The position numbers were made by a program, and so were the translations under genes. The notes beneath the pieces are model-generated. The model was given only the letters and a program-made list of their open reading frames with translations. It was not told where the DNA came from and made no database searches. From assembly GCA_945871905.1 (NCBI GenBank), contig CAMBXL010000004.1, positions 67,375 through 131,374 on the forward strand: a stretch of 64,000 nt of DNA. Direction: 5' to 3'. The stretch comes from Chitinophaga pinensis. Its GTDB lineage: Bacteria; Bacteroidota; Bacteroidia; NS11-12g; UBA955. Of the stretch, positions 39,738-50,129 are shown piece by piece; positions within the stretch are counted from its first letter, which is position 1, and every line of letters begins with the position of its first letter.

Positions 39738-41426
39738 ATGAAAAGACGTTCATTTTTAAATCAAATTGTAAGCGAAAAAAAACCGCTTGTAGCCACTCCG
39801 ATTGAGAAATTTCAAAATCAAAAACTTCCTGACCATTTGGAGCTAGGGACTGCATCAGCTGCTCCATTCACAGGGACTTGGGATGAAAAAAAACTAAAGC
39901 ATTTATTAAGAAGGGCCTTGTTTGGCTATTCAAAAGCTGATTTAGATTTTTTTAAAACCAAATCAATGAGCGATGCGATGGATTATATAATGGATATTCC
40001 AACAACACAACCGCTTCCTCCTGTTAATGCATACAACAATGCTAGAGAAACCGACCCTAATATTCCCGCGGGTTCTACATGGGTCAATGGGCCTGATGAT
40101 GTTAATTTCATAAGACAAAGAAGAGATTCAATTTACGCTTGGCACATGAAATTAATCGTTAATTCTGAAAGGCATATTAGGGAAAAAATGACACTTTTCT
40201 TGCACAATCATTTTGCAACAGAAACGGAAGCAATTCCCTCTCCTATTAATGCTTATAATCACCATAAAATTTTAAGAGAAAATGCTTTAGGAAATTTTAA
40301 AGACCTCATTAAAAAGATTACAATTGATTCTTCAATGTTGTTTTATTTAAATGGCTACGTTAATACCAAAACAGCACCTGACGAAAATTATGCAAGAGAA
40401 TTAATGGAGTTGTTCACTCTTGGCAAATCGGCTGAAACTCAATACACAGAAAATGATGTAAAAGCAGCCGCAAAGGTACTTACAGGATGGAGTATTGACT
40501 ATAATACATTTGGTTCTTTTTTCAACTCCCAAAAACATGATACAGGTTCCAAAACCTTTTCATCATTTTACAACAACAAAGTAATTAGTGGGCAAACTGG
40601 TGTTAATGGAGCCAATGAAACAGATGAACTCATCAATATGATTTTCACCAAAGAAGACATTATTGCTAGGTTTATCGTTAGAAAATTATACCGTTATTTC
40701 GTCTATTATGTTATTGATTCAAGCATAGAAACCAATGTTATTATTCCGTTGGCTAACATATTCAAGCAAAATTGGGAGTTAAAACCGGTTGTTACTGCTT
40801 TATTAAAAAGTGAGCATTTTTACGACGATAGAAACATCGGCTGCATGATTAAAAACCCTGTAGATGTGATGACTTCTCTCTGTAAATATTTTAAGGCCTC
40901 CTTTCCAAATTCCACAATTGAACAAGAGTACAGTTCATATTACACGTTATGGGGTGCTATTGCGCTTACAGGCATGAATGTTGGAAATCCTCCAAATGTT
41001 TCAGGATGGCCTGCCTATTATCAAACACCTCAATTTCATCAACTTTGGCTCAACTCAGATACACTTCCCAAACGTATATCATACACAGTTGCAATGATTT
41101 CCAATGGGATAGACATTAGAGGCGGTGGTAAAATTACTGCCGATGTTATTGCATTTGCCAAACAATTTCCTAATCCCGAGAATCCTGATACTTTAATTCA
41201 AGAAACCATCAATTTACTTTATGCAATGGACTTATCAACAGAAACCAAAAACAAATTAAAGGAAAGTACTTTATTATTTGGATTAAAGGAGAACTTTTAC
41301 TGGACCAATGCTTGGAACGACCACATTGCCAATCCAACGGATAATGATAAGAAAAATATAGTTGTATACGGATTAACTATGATGTTAAAATATTTACTTG
41401 ACCTAGCTGAAAATCAATTGGCTTAA
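39738..41426 (+). CDS. DUF1800 family protein
   Basis: Twin-arginine-like leader MKRRSFLNQI and the DUF1800 pattern (LLRRALFGYS, MTLFLHNHFAT, YLNGYVN, ARELMELFTLG). Confidence 0.75.
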   Translation: MKRRSFLNQIVSEKKPLVATPIEKFQNQKLPDHLELGTASAAPFTGTWDEKKLKHLLRRALFGYSKADLDFFKTKSMSDAMDYIMDIPTTQPLPPVNAYNNARETDPNIPAGSTWVNGPDDVNFIRQRRDSIYAWHMKLIVNSERHIREKMTLFLHNHFATETEAIPSPINAYNHHKILRENALGNFKDLIKKITIDSSMLFYLNGYVNTKTAPDENYARELMELFTLGKSAETQYTENDVKAAAKVLTGWSIDYNTFGSFFNSQKHDTGSKTFSSFYNNKVISGQTGVNGANETDELINMIFTKEDIIARFIVRKLYRYFVYYVIDSSIETNVIIPLANIFKQNWELKPVVTALLKSEHFYDDRNIGCMIKNPVDVMTSLCKYFKASFPNSTIEQEYSSYYTLWGAIALTGMNVGNPPNVSGWPAYYQTPQFHQLWLNSDTLPKRISYTVAMISNGIDIRGGGKITADVIAFAKQFPNPENPDTLIQETINLLYAMDLSTETKNKLKESTLLFGLKENFYWTNAWNDHIANPTDNDKKNIVVYGLTMMLKYLLDLAENQLA

Positions 41427-41438
41427 ATTAAACGAAAC

Positions 41439-43010
41439 ATGAAAAGAAAAGAATTTTTAAAAAAAGCGGCTCTTGCAGGTGTAACGCCTTTCATTATTGA
41501 TGGTCTTAGTTTTAAATCACATGCTGCAACTCCTATGCTTAAAGCTATCGCGAAAGCCTCAGCTCAAAATGGAAGAGTGTTTGTTTTGATACAACTTAAT
41601 GGTGGTAATGATGGGTTAAATACCGTTATTCCTACTGACCAATATTCTAATTTAAGTTCACTCAGAAGCAATGTGTTGATTCCTGAATCCAAAGTTTTAA
41701 AGCTTAATGGCATAAATGGCACCGGTTTACATCCTTCTCTTGCGGGACTTCAAACGTTGTTCAATGAAGGTAAGTTAAATATTGTTCAATCTGTGGGATA
41801 TCCAAATCCTAATTTTTCACATTTTAGGTCAACCGATATTTGGCATACAGCAAGTGACAGCAGTCAATTCCTCACATCAGGTTGGGCTGGTCGTTATAAC
41901 CAGCACTTACACCCCGATTTTCCAGAAAATTACCCTAACTCCGAAAGTCCCGACCCATTAGCAATTTCTATAGGTTACACAGTTTCAACCATGTTAATGG
42001 GGCAAACCACCAACACGGGTATGGCTATTTCTGACCCTAAATCTTTTTATGAATTAGTATCAGGAACAGTAGATCCAGCTCCTAACACCCCTATGGGACA
42101 TGAGTTAACATATGTTAGACTAATTTTACAACAGACCCAAAGTTACAACACCACTGTAAAAAGTGCAGCCTTAAGTGCCACAAATAAAGCAACTTATCCT
42201 AACAATAATTTAGCAAATCAGTTGAAAATTGTAGCTAACCTAATAGCGGGTGGATTAACAACACCAATTTACACAGTTAGTTTGGGAGGATTTGACACAC
42301 ATGCTAATCAAGTTTCTACTACAGGAGGTAAGGAAACAGGGGCTCATGCCAATTTGTTAAAAATAGTTTCAGACTCCATTTCGGCGTTTCAGAAAGATTG
42401 TGAATTATTGGGTGTTGCAGACCGTGTAGCAGGCATGACTTACAGTGAATTTGGACGACGTATAAAAAGTAATGACAGCAATGGAACAGATCATGGAGCA
42501 GCAGCACCATTAATAGTTTTTGGAACTCAAGTTAACCCTACGGTTTTGGGAAGTAACCCTCAAATACCTAGCAATGTTACCGTTAATGACAATATACCAA
42601 TGCAATATGACTTTAGACAAGTTTATGCCAGTGTTTTACAAGATTGGTTTCAAACCAACGCCTCAGTTGTTCAGAAAGATATTTTATTAAAATCATTCAA
42701 TACGATTGCCATCTTTAAACAACAAGTAAGCGTTAAAGACAAATACAAAATTAGTAAACTTCAATTGTCTCAAAATTATCCTAACCCATTCAAATCAAAA
42801 ACAACAATTGATTTTTATTCACCAGGGGGAGATGTTGAGTTAAAACTCTACAACCATCAAGGTCAATTGATATTAACCCTTGTTGACGAATACAAAGAAG
42901 AAGGTGTACATCATTTTCTTTTAGATGGTGAAGGTTTGGCCAATGGAAATTATTATTATCAATTGGTGACACCTATCGGTCAATTGAGCAAAACTATGAT
43001 TAAATTATAG
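41439..43010 (+). CDS. DUF1501 family protein with C-terminal T9SS sorting domain
   Basis: TAT-like leader MKRKEFLKKAALAG and a sulfatase-like DUF1501 core (DHGAAAP). The C-terminal about 80 aa (LSQNYPNPFKSKTTIDF...LKLYNHQGQLI...GNYYYQLV) is a type A Por/T9SS C-terminal domain. Confidence 0.75.
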   Translation: MKRKEFLKKAALAGVTPFIIDGLSFKSHAATPMLKAIAKASAQNGRVFVLIQLNGGNDGLNTVIPTDQYSNLSSLRSNVLIPESKVLKLNGINGTGLHPSLAGLQTLFNEGKLNIVQSVGYPNPNFSHFRSTDIWHTASDSSQFLTSGWAGRYNQHLHPDFPENYPNSESPDPLAISIGYTVSTMLMGQTTNTGMAISDPKSFYELVSGTVDPAPNTPMGHELTYVRLILQQTQSYNTTVKSAALSATNKATYPNNNLANQLKIVANLIAGGLTTPIYTVSLGGFDTHANQVSTTGGKETGAHANLLKIVSDSISAFQKDCELLGVADRVAGMTYSEFGRRIKSNDSNGTDHGAAAPLIVFGTQVNPTVLGSNPQIPSNVTVNDNIPMQYDFRQVYASVLQDWFQTNASVVQKDILLKSFNTIAIFKQQVSVKDKYKISKLQLSQNYPNPFKSKTTIDFYSPGGDVELKLYNHQGQLILTLVDEYKEEGVHHFLLDGEGLANGNYYYQLVTPIGQLSKTMIKL

Positions 43011-43141
43011 TCGTTACTGAAACTATGTCTTTATTTGTTACATTTACCTCAAAATTTTAAGGTCAAAATGACTTAAAAATTGACATTTTTTCAGTATTTT
43101 ATTGTGTGGGTTAATATTTGAGAACTATTAATCAAAAACGT

Positions 43142-45739
43142 ATGAACATTAATAAATTCACAATAAAAGCCCAAGAGTGCATTCAATCAGCACAACAATT
43201 GGCATTTGAAAATAACCATCCTACCATTGAAAATGCTCACATATTAAAGGGCATATTGGAAAATGACGATGAAATCTGCTCCTATCTTTTCAGTAAAGTT
43301 GGGGCAAATTTAAACCGTGTTAAAACAGCAAACGATGCCATTTTAAAAGGATTTCCTAAAGTCAGTGGTTCTAGCAATCAAACACTTTCTAATTCCAGTT
43401 CAAATACATTAATGTATGCAGAGAAAATGATGAAAGAAATGGGAGATGAATATGTATCTGTTGAGCATCTTATTCTATCGTTAATAAACAATAATGACAA
43501 TGTTGGTAACCTAATGAAAGATGCAGGCATCAAATTGAGTGATGCCAAAAAAGCCATTTTAGAACTTAAGGGAGACAGTAAGGTTAGCTCTCAAGGTGGT
43601 GGAGAGCAATACAATGCATTAAAAAAATATGGACTAAATCTAAACCAAATGGCATCGCAAGGAAAACTTGACCCTGTCATTGGACGCGATGAAGAAATCA
43701 GAAGAGTCCTTCAAATTTTAAGTCGTAGAACCAAAAATAATCCTGTACTGATTGGCGAACCAGGAGTAGGTAAAACAGCTATTGCCGAAGGATTGGCAAG
43801 AAGAATAGTCCAAGGAGATGTGCCTGAAAACTTAAAGTCTAAAACTATATTCAGTTTGGATATGGGTGCATTAATTGCAGGTGCGAAATACAAAGGGGAA
43901 TTCGAAGAGCGATTAAAAGCAGTTGTAAACGAAGTCATTAAAAGCAATGGTGAAATTATTTTATTTATAGATGAAATACACACCTTAGTAGGAGCTGGAA
44001 AAAGTGAAGGCGCAATGGATGCTGCCAATATATTAAAACCTGCTTTGGCAAGAGGAGAACTTAAATCGATAGGCGCAACTACCCTTGCCGAATATCAAAA
44101 ATATATTGAAAATGACAAAGCATTAGAAAGACGTTTTCAAAAAGTAATGGTCGAAGAACCTAATATTCAAGATGCCATTTCGATTTTACGTGGATTAAAA
44201 GAACGATACGAAGTCCATCACAAAGTAAGAATAAAGGACGAAGCCATAATCAATGCAGTTGAATTATCGGCTCGTTATATCAGCGACCGTTTTTTACCCG
44301 ATAAGGCTATTGACTTATTAGATGAAGCAGCCTCAAAACTCAGAATTGAAATAGATTCATTGCCTGAGGAATTGGACGAAATGAACAGGAAAATAATGCA
44401 ATTAGAGATTGAGAGAGAAGCCATTAAGAAAGAAAACGACAAAGACAAGTTAGAAAAGCTAAACATAGATTTAGCCAATTTGAATGAAAACCGCTCGACT
44501 TTGAATGCCCGTTGGAAAAGAGAAAAAGAGGTAGTTGAGGCTATTCAAACATCAAAGGGACAGATTGAACAATTCAAATACGAGGCAGACCAAGCGGAAA
44601 GAAATGGAGATTTTGGAAAAGTAGCTGAGTTGAGATATGGAAAAATTAAGGAAGTAGAAAACCAAGTCATTGAACTACAATCAAAGTTAGCCGAAATACA
44701 AAGCGACAAACCTATGGTAAAAGAAGAGGTTGACGCTGAGGATATTGCTGAAGTGGTGAGCAAATGGACTGGTATTCCTGTGAACCGAATGTTACAAAGT
44801 GAACGAGAAAAACTGATTCATTTGGAAGCCGAATTACACCAAAGAGTTGTTGGACAAGATGAAGCTATAGCTGCCATTTCAGATGCGGTTAGAAGAAGTA
44901 GAGCTGGATTACAAGACCCAAAAAGACCAATAGGATCGTTTATATTTTTAGGAACAACAGGGGTAGGTAAAACAGAATTAGCCAAAGCATTGGCATCCTT
45001 TTTATTCAATGATGACAATGCCATGGTTAGAATAGACATGAGTGAATACCAAGAAAAACACACTGTAAGTCGATTGATTGGAGCGCCTCCAGGATATGTG
45101 GGATATGATGAAGGCGGACAATTAACCGAGGCAGTTAGAAGAAGACCATACTCTGTAGTGTTGTTAGATGAGATAGAAAAAGCACATCCAGATGTGTTTA
45201 ATATTTTGCTTCAAGTGTTAGATGATGGTAGATTAACGGATAACAAAGGACGTACTGCCAACTTCAGAAATACAATAGTGATTATGACTAGTAATATCGG
45301 TTCTCATATTATTCAGGAAAACTTTGAATTAATAAACGATGAGAACAAACTTGATGTTATGGCTAAAACTAAAAGTGAAGTTTATCAAGCATTAAAGAAT
45401 ACAATTAGACCAGAGTTTTTGAATAGAATTGATGAAGTCATTATGTTTGAACCTTTAAGTCGAGAACACATCCATGAAATCGTTAAAATTCAAATGAATT
45501 CAATAACCAAACAGCTTAAAGAGAGTGGTTTCGAAATAGAAATAACTGAAGAGGCTATTGATTGGTTGGCTCAATTGGGATACGACCCGCAATTTGGAGC
45601 GCGTCCAATGAAGCGAGTGCTTCAAAAAAGAGTATTAAATGAATTGTCTAAGAAAATTTTGATGAATGAAATCAAAAAAGAGGACGTAATTGTTGTAGAT
45701 GCAATTGAGAATCAGATTATTTTCAGAAATAAACTTTAG
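43142..45739 (+). CDS. clpB: ATP-dependent chaperone ClpB
   Basis: Two AAA+ modules ([15 protein letters not shown] and [15 protein letters not shown]) with a long middle coiled-coil domain. About 865 aa from the second Met. Confidence 0.9.
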   Translation: MNINKFTIKAQECIQSAQQLAFENNHPTIENAHILKGILENDDEICSYLFSKVGANLNRVKTANDAILKGFPKVSGSSNQTLSNSSSNTLMYAEKMMKEMGDEYVSVEHLILSLINNNDNVGNLMKDAGIKLSDAKKAILELKGDSKVSSQGGGEQYNALKKYGLNLNQMASQGKLDPVIGRDEEIRRVLQILSRRTKNNPVLIGEPGVGKTAIAEGLARRIVQGDVPENLKSKTIFSLDMGALIAGAKYKGEFEERLKAVVNEVIKSNGEIILFIDEIHTLVGAGKSEGAMDAANILKPALARGELKSIGATTLAEYQKYIENDKALERRFQKVMVEEPNIQDAISILRGLKERYEVHHKVRIKDEAIINAVELSARYISDRFLPDKAIDLLDEAASKLRIEIDSLPEELDEMNRKIMQLEIEREAIKKENDKDKLEKLNIDLANLNENRSTLNARWKREKEVVEAIQTSKGQIEQFKYEADQAERNGDFGKVAELRYGKIKEVENQVIELQSKLAEIQSDKPMVKEEVDAEDIAEVVSKWTGIPVNRMLQSEREKLIHLEAELHQRVVGQDEAIAAISDAVRRSRAGLQDPKRPIGSFIFLGTTGVGKTELAKALASFLFNDDNAMVRIDMSEYQEKHTVSRLIGAPPGYVGYDEGGQLTEAVRRRPYSVVLLDEIEKAHPDVFNILLQVLDDGRLTDNKGRTANFRNTIVIMTSNIGSHIIQENFELINDENKLDVMAKTKSEVYQALKNTIRPEFLNRIDEVIMFEPLSREHIHEIVKIQMNSITKQLKESGFEIEITEEAIDWLAQLGYDPQFGARPMKRVLQKRVLNELSKKILMNEIKKEDVIVVDAIENQIIFRNKL

Positions 45740-45740
45740 A

Positions 45741-47096
45741 CTAAGGTTCTAAACTGATGTTTTCATCTCCATCCTCGTAATTCATATAAGTGATAATAAA
45801 CTGAAGCATTTCATCGGTGGTGCGCATACTAGCTCCACCGTTTTCAAGTCTTTCGGCAATCATTTGTGGTGGTTTATTGGGATTATTTGGATTGGCTGAG
45901 GTATTATCAAAAGAGGCATTTACAATAATTCTACTGCCTTTAGGAATTTTAACAGGCTTTTTAAAAGTGTAGAAATATTGCCATTGGAAGCGCCAATTAG
46001 GAATTTCAATTAAGGGAATTGTGTCACCATTAGGTTTAACTGCAAAAGCTTTAAATGACTTACCGATTAAGTGCATGTGTGGATTAATCGTAAGGACAGA
46101 AATGGAATTATAAATGGTAATTTCACTAACATGATTGCTTATTTTATTGGGAGGTACAACCAAAGGTGGAATTATAGGGGACACACCATTTGTCCCCAAC
46201 ATTAGCTCATAAGTATTTCTTTTAATGGGTTTATCGGTAAAATACAAATACAATATAGAACTATCTGTTAGTCGTTTAGAGGAAGGTCCATAATGAATGT
46301 CATTGCCTACGAAAGCCCCATTTTTTTTGAGCACAAACCCTCCTATTCCATCAGGATATTTAACACCAAAAGAACCTGGAAGATAGTTTACCGCAGAATG
46401 AATCCTTTCAGGAGTTGTTTGGTCGATATTCAATAATTTAAGTTGAGCAAATTCATTTACAAAGTTAGGAGATTCAATAGAAGCAACTCTATTTCCATCA
46501 AAGGGATTGGTTAAATCATTAAAACCCAAATAATGACCATTGAAATGATGGACAACCTTTTTTTGTCCGGGAATAAATTCTACAGCTTTAACAATTCTTT
46601 CTTTATCAATTTGATATGGAATTTTAACAGTTAAAAACTGGTCTAACTGATTGGGCAATATAGCAATTGGCGGTAATGAAATAACCATATCAGGTTTACC
46701 TAAAACAGATTGATAAACTGGAAAATCAGGTGTTTTTAACCCCGAAGTATCTCCTGATTTAGATCCAGATTTATACCAATCTTGAATGAGTTGTATGTCA
46801 TTTTCCGAAAGAACACGTTCATTAATAAAGTGAGAATACTGAGGATTTGCAGGCCATGGTGGCATATATCTAGATTGGGTAACAAATGCTACCATTTTCG
46901 CTCTTTTTTTCACATCGTGATAAGTTAGTAACGAAAAAGGTGCACCACCATTAGGATTATGACAAGGAGTACAATTTTGATGAATAATAGGTGCTATATC
47001 CTTAGAAAATGTAATGTCATTACATGAAAAAAAGACACTACATAGGCTCAATAAAACACCCGACAGCTTTGGTTTGGACATCCTTAATAGGTTCAT
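45741..47096 (-). CDS. secreted c-type heme domain fused to a copper type II ascorbate-dependent monooxygenase-like domain
   Basis: Signal peptide. CTPCH (a CxxCH heme c motif) followed by RYMPPWPA. Downstream are VHHFNGH and NPHMHLIG His clusters plus later Met residues, resembling PHM/DBH CuH and CuM sites. Confidence 0.5.
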   Translation of the reverse strand: MNLLRMSKPKLSGVLLSLCSVFFSCNDITFSKDIAPIIHQNCTPCHNPNGGAPFSLLTYHDVKKRAKMVAFVTQSRYMPPWPANPQYSHFINERVLSENDIQLIQDWYKSGSKSGDTSGLKTPDFPVYQSVLGKPDMVISLPPIAILPNQLDQFLTVKIPYQIDKERIVKAVEFIPGQKKVVHHFNGHYLGFNDLTNPFDGNRVASIESPNFVNEFAQLKLLNIDQTTPERIHSAVNYLPGSFGVKYPDGIGGFVLKKNGAFVGNDIHYGPSSKRLTDSSILYLYFTDKPIKRNTYELMLGTNGVSPIIPPLVVPPNKISNHVSEITIYNSISVLTINPHMHLIGKSFKAFAVKPNGDTIPLIEIPNWRFQWQYFYTFKKPVKIPKGSRIIVNASFDNTSANPNNPNKPPQMIAERLENGGASMRTTDEMLQFIITYMNYEDGDENISLEP

Positions 47097-47568
47097 TTTT
47101 CATCAGCGAATTTAAGGCATTTGATAAATAATCTATAAATATTTTTGATTGAATGATTCCCAATTCTGTAAATCGGTCGTCCAACAAACCGCTGTAAACA
47201 ATTCTTTTATTTTGAGCAACTACTACTTGAGGGGTTACATCAGGGTTAAAGGCATTGTAAATTTCCAATTGTGAATCAATAATAATTTGTGATGATTTAA
47301 TTGAGTCGGAATTAAGGAATAACAGGCGACTTTCCATGTTTTGATCGTCATAAAAAATATAATAAAATCTCACAAGAGGATACTGTTTTTGGTAAAAAGA
47401 GAATCTACCTACCAGTCTGTTACAAAGCGGACATTCTGTATTGAGGAAAAAGTAAACTGAAGTAGAATCAGACCATTCATAAGGCTGACCATTAGCTAAT
47501 TTAGTTTCAGGCTTATGGCATGACAATAGCAAAAAAAACAATAAAAGATAAAAAAAAGATTTAGGCAT
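47038..47568 (-). CDS. thioredoxin-fold lipoprotein (CxxC)
   Basis: Lipobox LLLSCHK and a CPLC redox motif in a TlpA/ResA-like context. Its 3' end overlaps the start of the downstream heme/Cu protein ORF. Confidence 0.45.
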   Translation of the reverse strand: MPKSFFYLLLFFLLLSCHKPETKLANGQPYEWSDSTSVYFFLNTECPLCNRLVGRFSFYQKQYPLVRFYYIFYDDQNMESRLLFLNSDSIKSSQIIIDSQLEIYNAFNPDVTPQVVVAQNKRIVYSGLLDDRFTELGIIQSKIFIDYLSNALNSLMKNEPIKDVQTKAVGCFIEPM

Positions 47569-47604
47569 TAAACTATTTCACATTAACTTCGTCAAAAGTA
47601 AAGA

Positions 47605-48165
47605 TTGAGAAACAAAGAAACAATTTCGGACAATGATTTATTCAAAGAATTTATGGATAGCGGCAAAGCAAACCATTTATTCAATGAAATTATAAACCGA
47701 TTTAAGTTTAAAATATATCACCAAGCCAGAAGGATTGTTCTTATCCATCAGGATGCCGATGAAGTTTGTCAATTGGTTTTTATTAAGTTGTGGAAACATG
47801 CAGACAGTTTTAAATTTCAAAGTCAGTTAAGCAGCTTTATTTACAGAATAACCTACAATGAATCAATCAGTTTACTAAAAAGGAATCAGAAGCACTACAA
47901 TATTGATGATTATTTGGACAAAGATGGGCATTATCAGTCGATGGTTACACAAGGAGAAACGATCTCTTCCGATGAAATTTTAAAAAATCTGATTTCCGCG
48001 ACTTTAACTTTGCCAGAAAAACAAAGGCTAGTTTTCAATTACCGCTACTTTGATGAATTGAGTTACAAAGAAATAAGTGACATAACAGGAACAAGTGAAA
48101 GCGCTTTAAAAGCGAGTTATCATTTTGCAGTAGAAAAAATCAAGAAAATAATCAATCCAGATTAA
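47605..48165 (+). CDS. RNA polymerase sigma-70 factor, ECF subfamily
   Basis: Region 2 (VFIKLWKHADSF) and region 4 (YKEISDITGTSESALKASYHFAVEKI) of ECF sigma factors. 186 aa. Confidence 0.8.
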   Translation: MRNKETISDNDLFKEFMDSGKANHLFNEIINRFKFKIYHQARRIVLIHQDADEVCQLVFIKLWKHADSFKFQSQLSSFIYRITYNESISLLKRNQKHYNIDDYLDKDGHYQSMVTQGETISSDEILKNLISATLTLPEKQRLVFNYRYFDELSYKEISDITGTSESALKASYHFAVEKIKKIINPD

Positions 48166-48180
48166 ACTTTTACTAAACGA

Positions 48181-48597
48181 ATGAGTCAAAATACAATCAA
48201 CATGAAAGAAAACAAACCAATATTAAAATTTGAATTTAATACCACACCAGAGTATTTCAATCAGTTGAATGATGTAATATTAAATCGCTTAGAAACCGAA
48301 AATAATAACACGAGTAAACTATTTAAAATTAGATTAATACAATGGTCAGTTGCTGCCTCTTTTGTTTTAATGATTGGAATTGCTTTTTATAGCTACAACT
48401 CTCAAAATACAGCTCCATTAGTAAGCATAAACAACATAGAAACGAGTGAAATAGAATCCTATTTAGAAACGAATGAAATAAGTGATGAAGACCTGATAGA
48501 ATCACTTGACATCTCAGAGCTTTCATTAAACGAAGAAATACAATACAACTATATTTTAGAAGATGTTGACGACGATTTACTTTATCAATACGAATAA
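48181..48597 (+). CDS. putative anti-sigma factor (single-pass membrane protein)
   Basis: 138 aa with one central TM helix, immediately downstream of the ECF sigma gene. Acidic C-terminus. Confidence 0.4.
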   Translation: MSQNTINMKENKPILKFEFNTTPEYFNQLNDVILNRLETENNNTSKLFKIRLIQWSVAASFVLMIGIAFYSYNSQNTAPLVSINNIETSEIESYLETNEISDEDLIESLDISELSLNEEIQYNYILEDVDDDLLYQYE

Positions 48598-48609
48598 TTA
48601 ACAGACAAA

Positions 48610-49107
48610 ATGAACATACAAAATTACTTTAAAACAATGGCATTAATGGGCTTAATAATGTTAAGCACTTTGAATTTAATGTCCCAAAAAGGACAAGGTC
48701 CAAAAAAAGAAGACAAAGGTGCCAAACATGAAAAAATGAAAGTCCTATTTAGGCAGTATCTCAATGATAAATTAGCATTAACAGAAACTGAGAAAAAAGG
48801 ATTTTGGCCAATTTTTGATGACTATAAAAAGAAAGAAAAAGAACTAAAGGATTCCTTTCGCAAAAAATACAAACCCAACAGCATTCCATTTATGGACGAC
48901 AAGCAAGCGGAAGCCTATCTCAATGATTTTTTTCAATTAAATGAGAATATTAATCAACTTTACAAGGAAACTATTGTAAAACTAAAAAAAGTAATTCCTA
49001 TTAAAAAAGTGGCGATGATTCCACATACAGAAAGGGAATTCAAAAAGGAGTTGTTAAAGAAAATGCGAGAAAAAGGTCAAGCACCTCCTCCACCTGACGA
49101 AGAATGA
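48610..49107 (+). CDS. periplasmic lysine-rich helical protein (Spy/CpxP-like?)
   Basis: Signal peptide. Highly charged helical sequence with a Pro-rich C-terminus (QAPPPPDEE). Third gene of the ECF module. Confidence 0.35.
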   Translation: MNIQNYFKTMALMGLIMLSTLNLMSQKGQGPKKEDKGAKHEKMKVLFRQYLNDKLALTETEKKGFWPIFDDYKKKEKELKDSFRKKYKPNSIPFMDDKQAEAYLNDFFQLNENINQLYKETIVKLKKVIPIKKVAMIPHTEREFKKELLKKMREKGQAPPPPDEE

Positions 49108-49147
49108 TAGTTGTATATTTGTAAACAAAAAGATTTAACCATTTTCA

Positions 49148-50020
49148 ATGAGAACATTTCTAACCAATAATTACAAAATCAATTTTATAAAATTATTCAT
49201 AATATTGTTTTTGTTTTCTTGTAACAAAAAAAAAACTTTAGAACCTTCGTCTCCAGCAAGTTATAGGATTACAAAAACAATAAATTATAACAATATTGAC
49301 GTTGATGTGATAATTGACAAACCTGCATTAAATGATGTTGATGTCTTATTGGTATTTCATGGCACTGTATTGTATGACAGTAGCTTAATGACTGCAGCTA
49401 ATAATACACTTGACAAATTCAAGGCTATTTTAAATAGAAAAGATATAATGATTGTAAGTGTAGCTTATCAGCAAGAAAATATTTTATTCGGCGATAACAT
49501 TGTACAAGGTGAAGCTGCCTTGTTATGGTTGAAAAATAAAGCAAGTCAAGAATTAGGTATCAATGTAAAAAAAGTTTTCTTAGGTGGACATTCACAAGGC
49601 GGCTATATGGTAACAAGACTAAATACAATGTATCAAACAAATGGCGTAATAGCTAACGCTCCAGGCCCTTTAAACCTTGTATACAGATGTCAATTAGAGG
49701 AAAATGGTCAAATCCAATCAGGCAGTGTCTGTAATAAACTTAAAAATATGTATGGCTTAACAAGCAACAATAGCAATGCCTACTTCCAAAGATCATTACT
49801 TAATTTTACAAATGGATTCAAGTCTGATATTTTATTTATTCAAGGACTAAATGACACGCCTATTCAAATGTATTCTTGGCCGACTTTTAAACAAGAGGTA
49901 TTAAACTGTACAAACTGTCAAAATAGACAGTTTTTAGAGATTGTTGGTGGTGAACATGGCGCTCTGTTTGTAAGCCCAACAGCAAAGATTGAATTTAATA
50001 ATTTTATAAATAACCATTAA
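49148..50020 (+). CDS. alpha/beta hydrolase (esterase) lipoprotein
   Basis: Lipobox FLFSCNKKK, a GGHSQGG nucleophile elbow (GxSxG) and downstream Asp/His candidates. Confidence 0.65.
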   Translation: MRTFLTNNYKINFIKLFIILFLFSCNKKKTLEPSSPASYRITKTINYNNIDVDVIIDKPALNDVDVLLVFHGTVLYDSSLMTAANNTLDKFKAILNRKDIMIVSVAYQQENILFGDNIVQGEAALLWLKNKASQELGINVKKVFLGGHSQGGYMVTRLNTMYQTNGVIANAPGPLNLVYRCQLEENGQIQSGSVCNKLKNMYGLTSNNSNAYFQRSLLNFTNGFKSDILFIQGLNDTPIQMYSWPTFKQEVLNCTNCQNRQFLEIVGGEHGALFVSPTAKIEFNNFINNH

Positions 50021-50129
50021 AGTAAAGCCAATTTACAAGAGAAAAACTAGATTAGTATTTTCGTTTGAGCAAAAACAAAGAGTTTTCTTAAAATAAGAAC
50101 AACAAAATAATAAGCGATGAATAAAAATC

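Noticed and set aside
43011-43141. Searched upstream of clpB for a CIRCE/HrcA heat-shock operator
   Set aside because: No TTAGCACTC-N9-GAGTGCTAA-like inverted repeat is present, only AT-rich sequence with weak short repeats such as aaaatgac/aaattgac.
43711-45063. Four minus-strand ORFs (67-105 aa) inside clpB
   Set aside because: Antisense to a highly conserved chaperone gene with no independent signal. Treated as six-frame noise. The same reasoning applies to the other short antisense ORFs listed in the track, for example 8831-9037, 9930-10115, 14132-14329, 20195-20419, 27503-28096, 30943-31305, 33732-34010, 51991-52272 and 57493-57777.
47038-47096. Overlap between the thioredoxin-like gene 3' end and the heme/Cu protein 5' end considered as a frameshifted single gene
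   Set aside because: Both ORFs begin with their own signal peptides (lipobox and secretory leader respectively), which argues for two separate, translationally coupled genes rather than a disrupted fusion.
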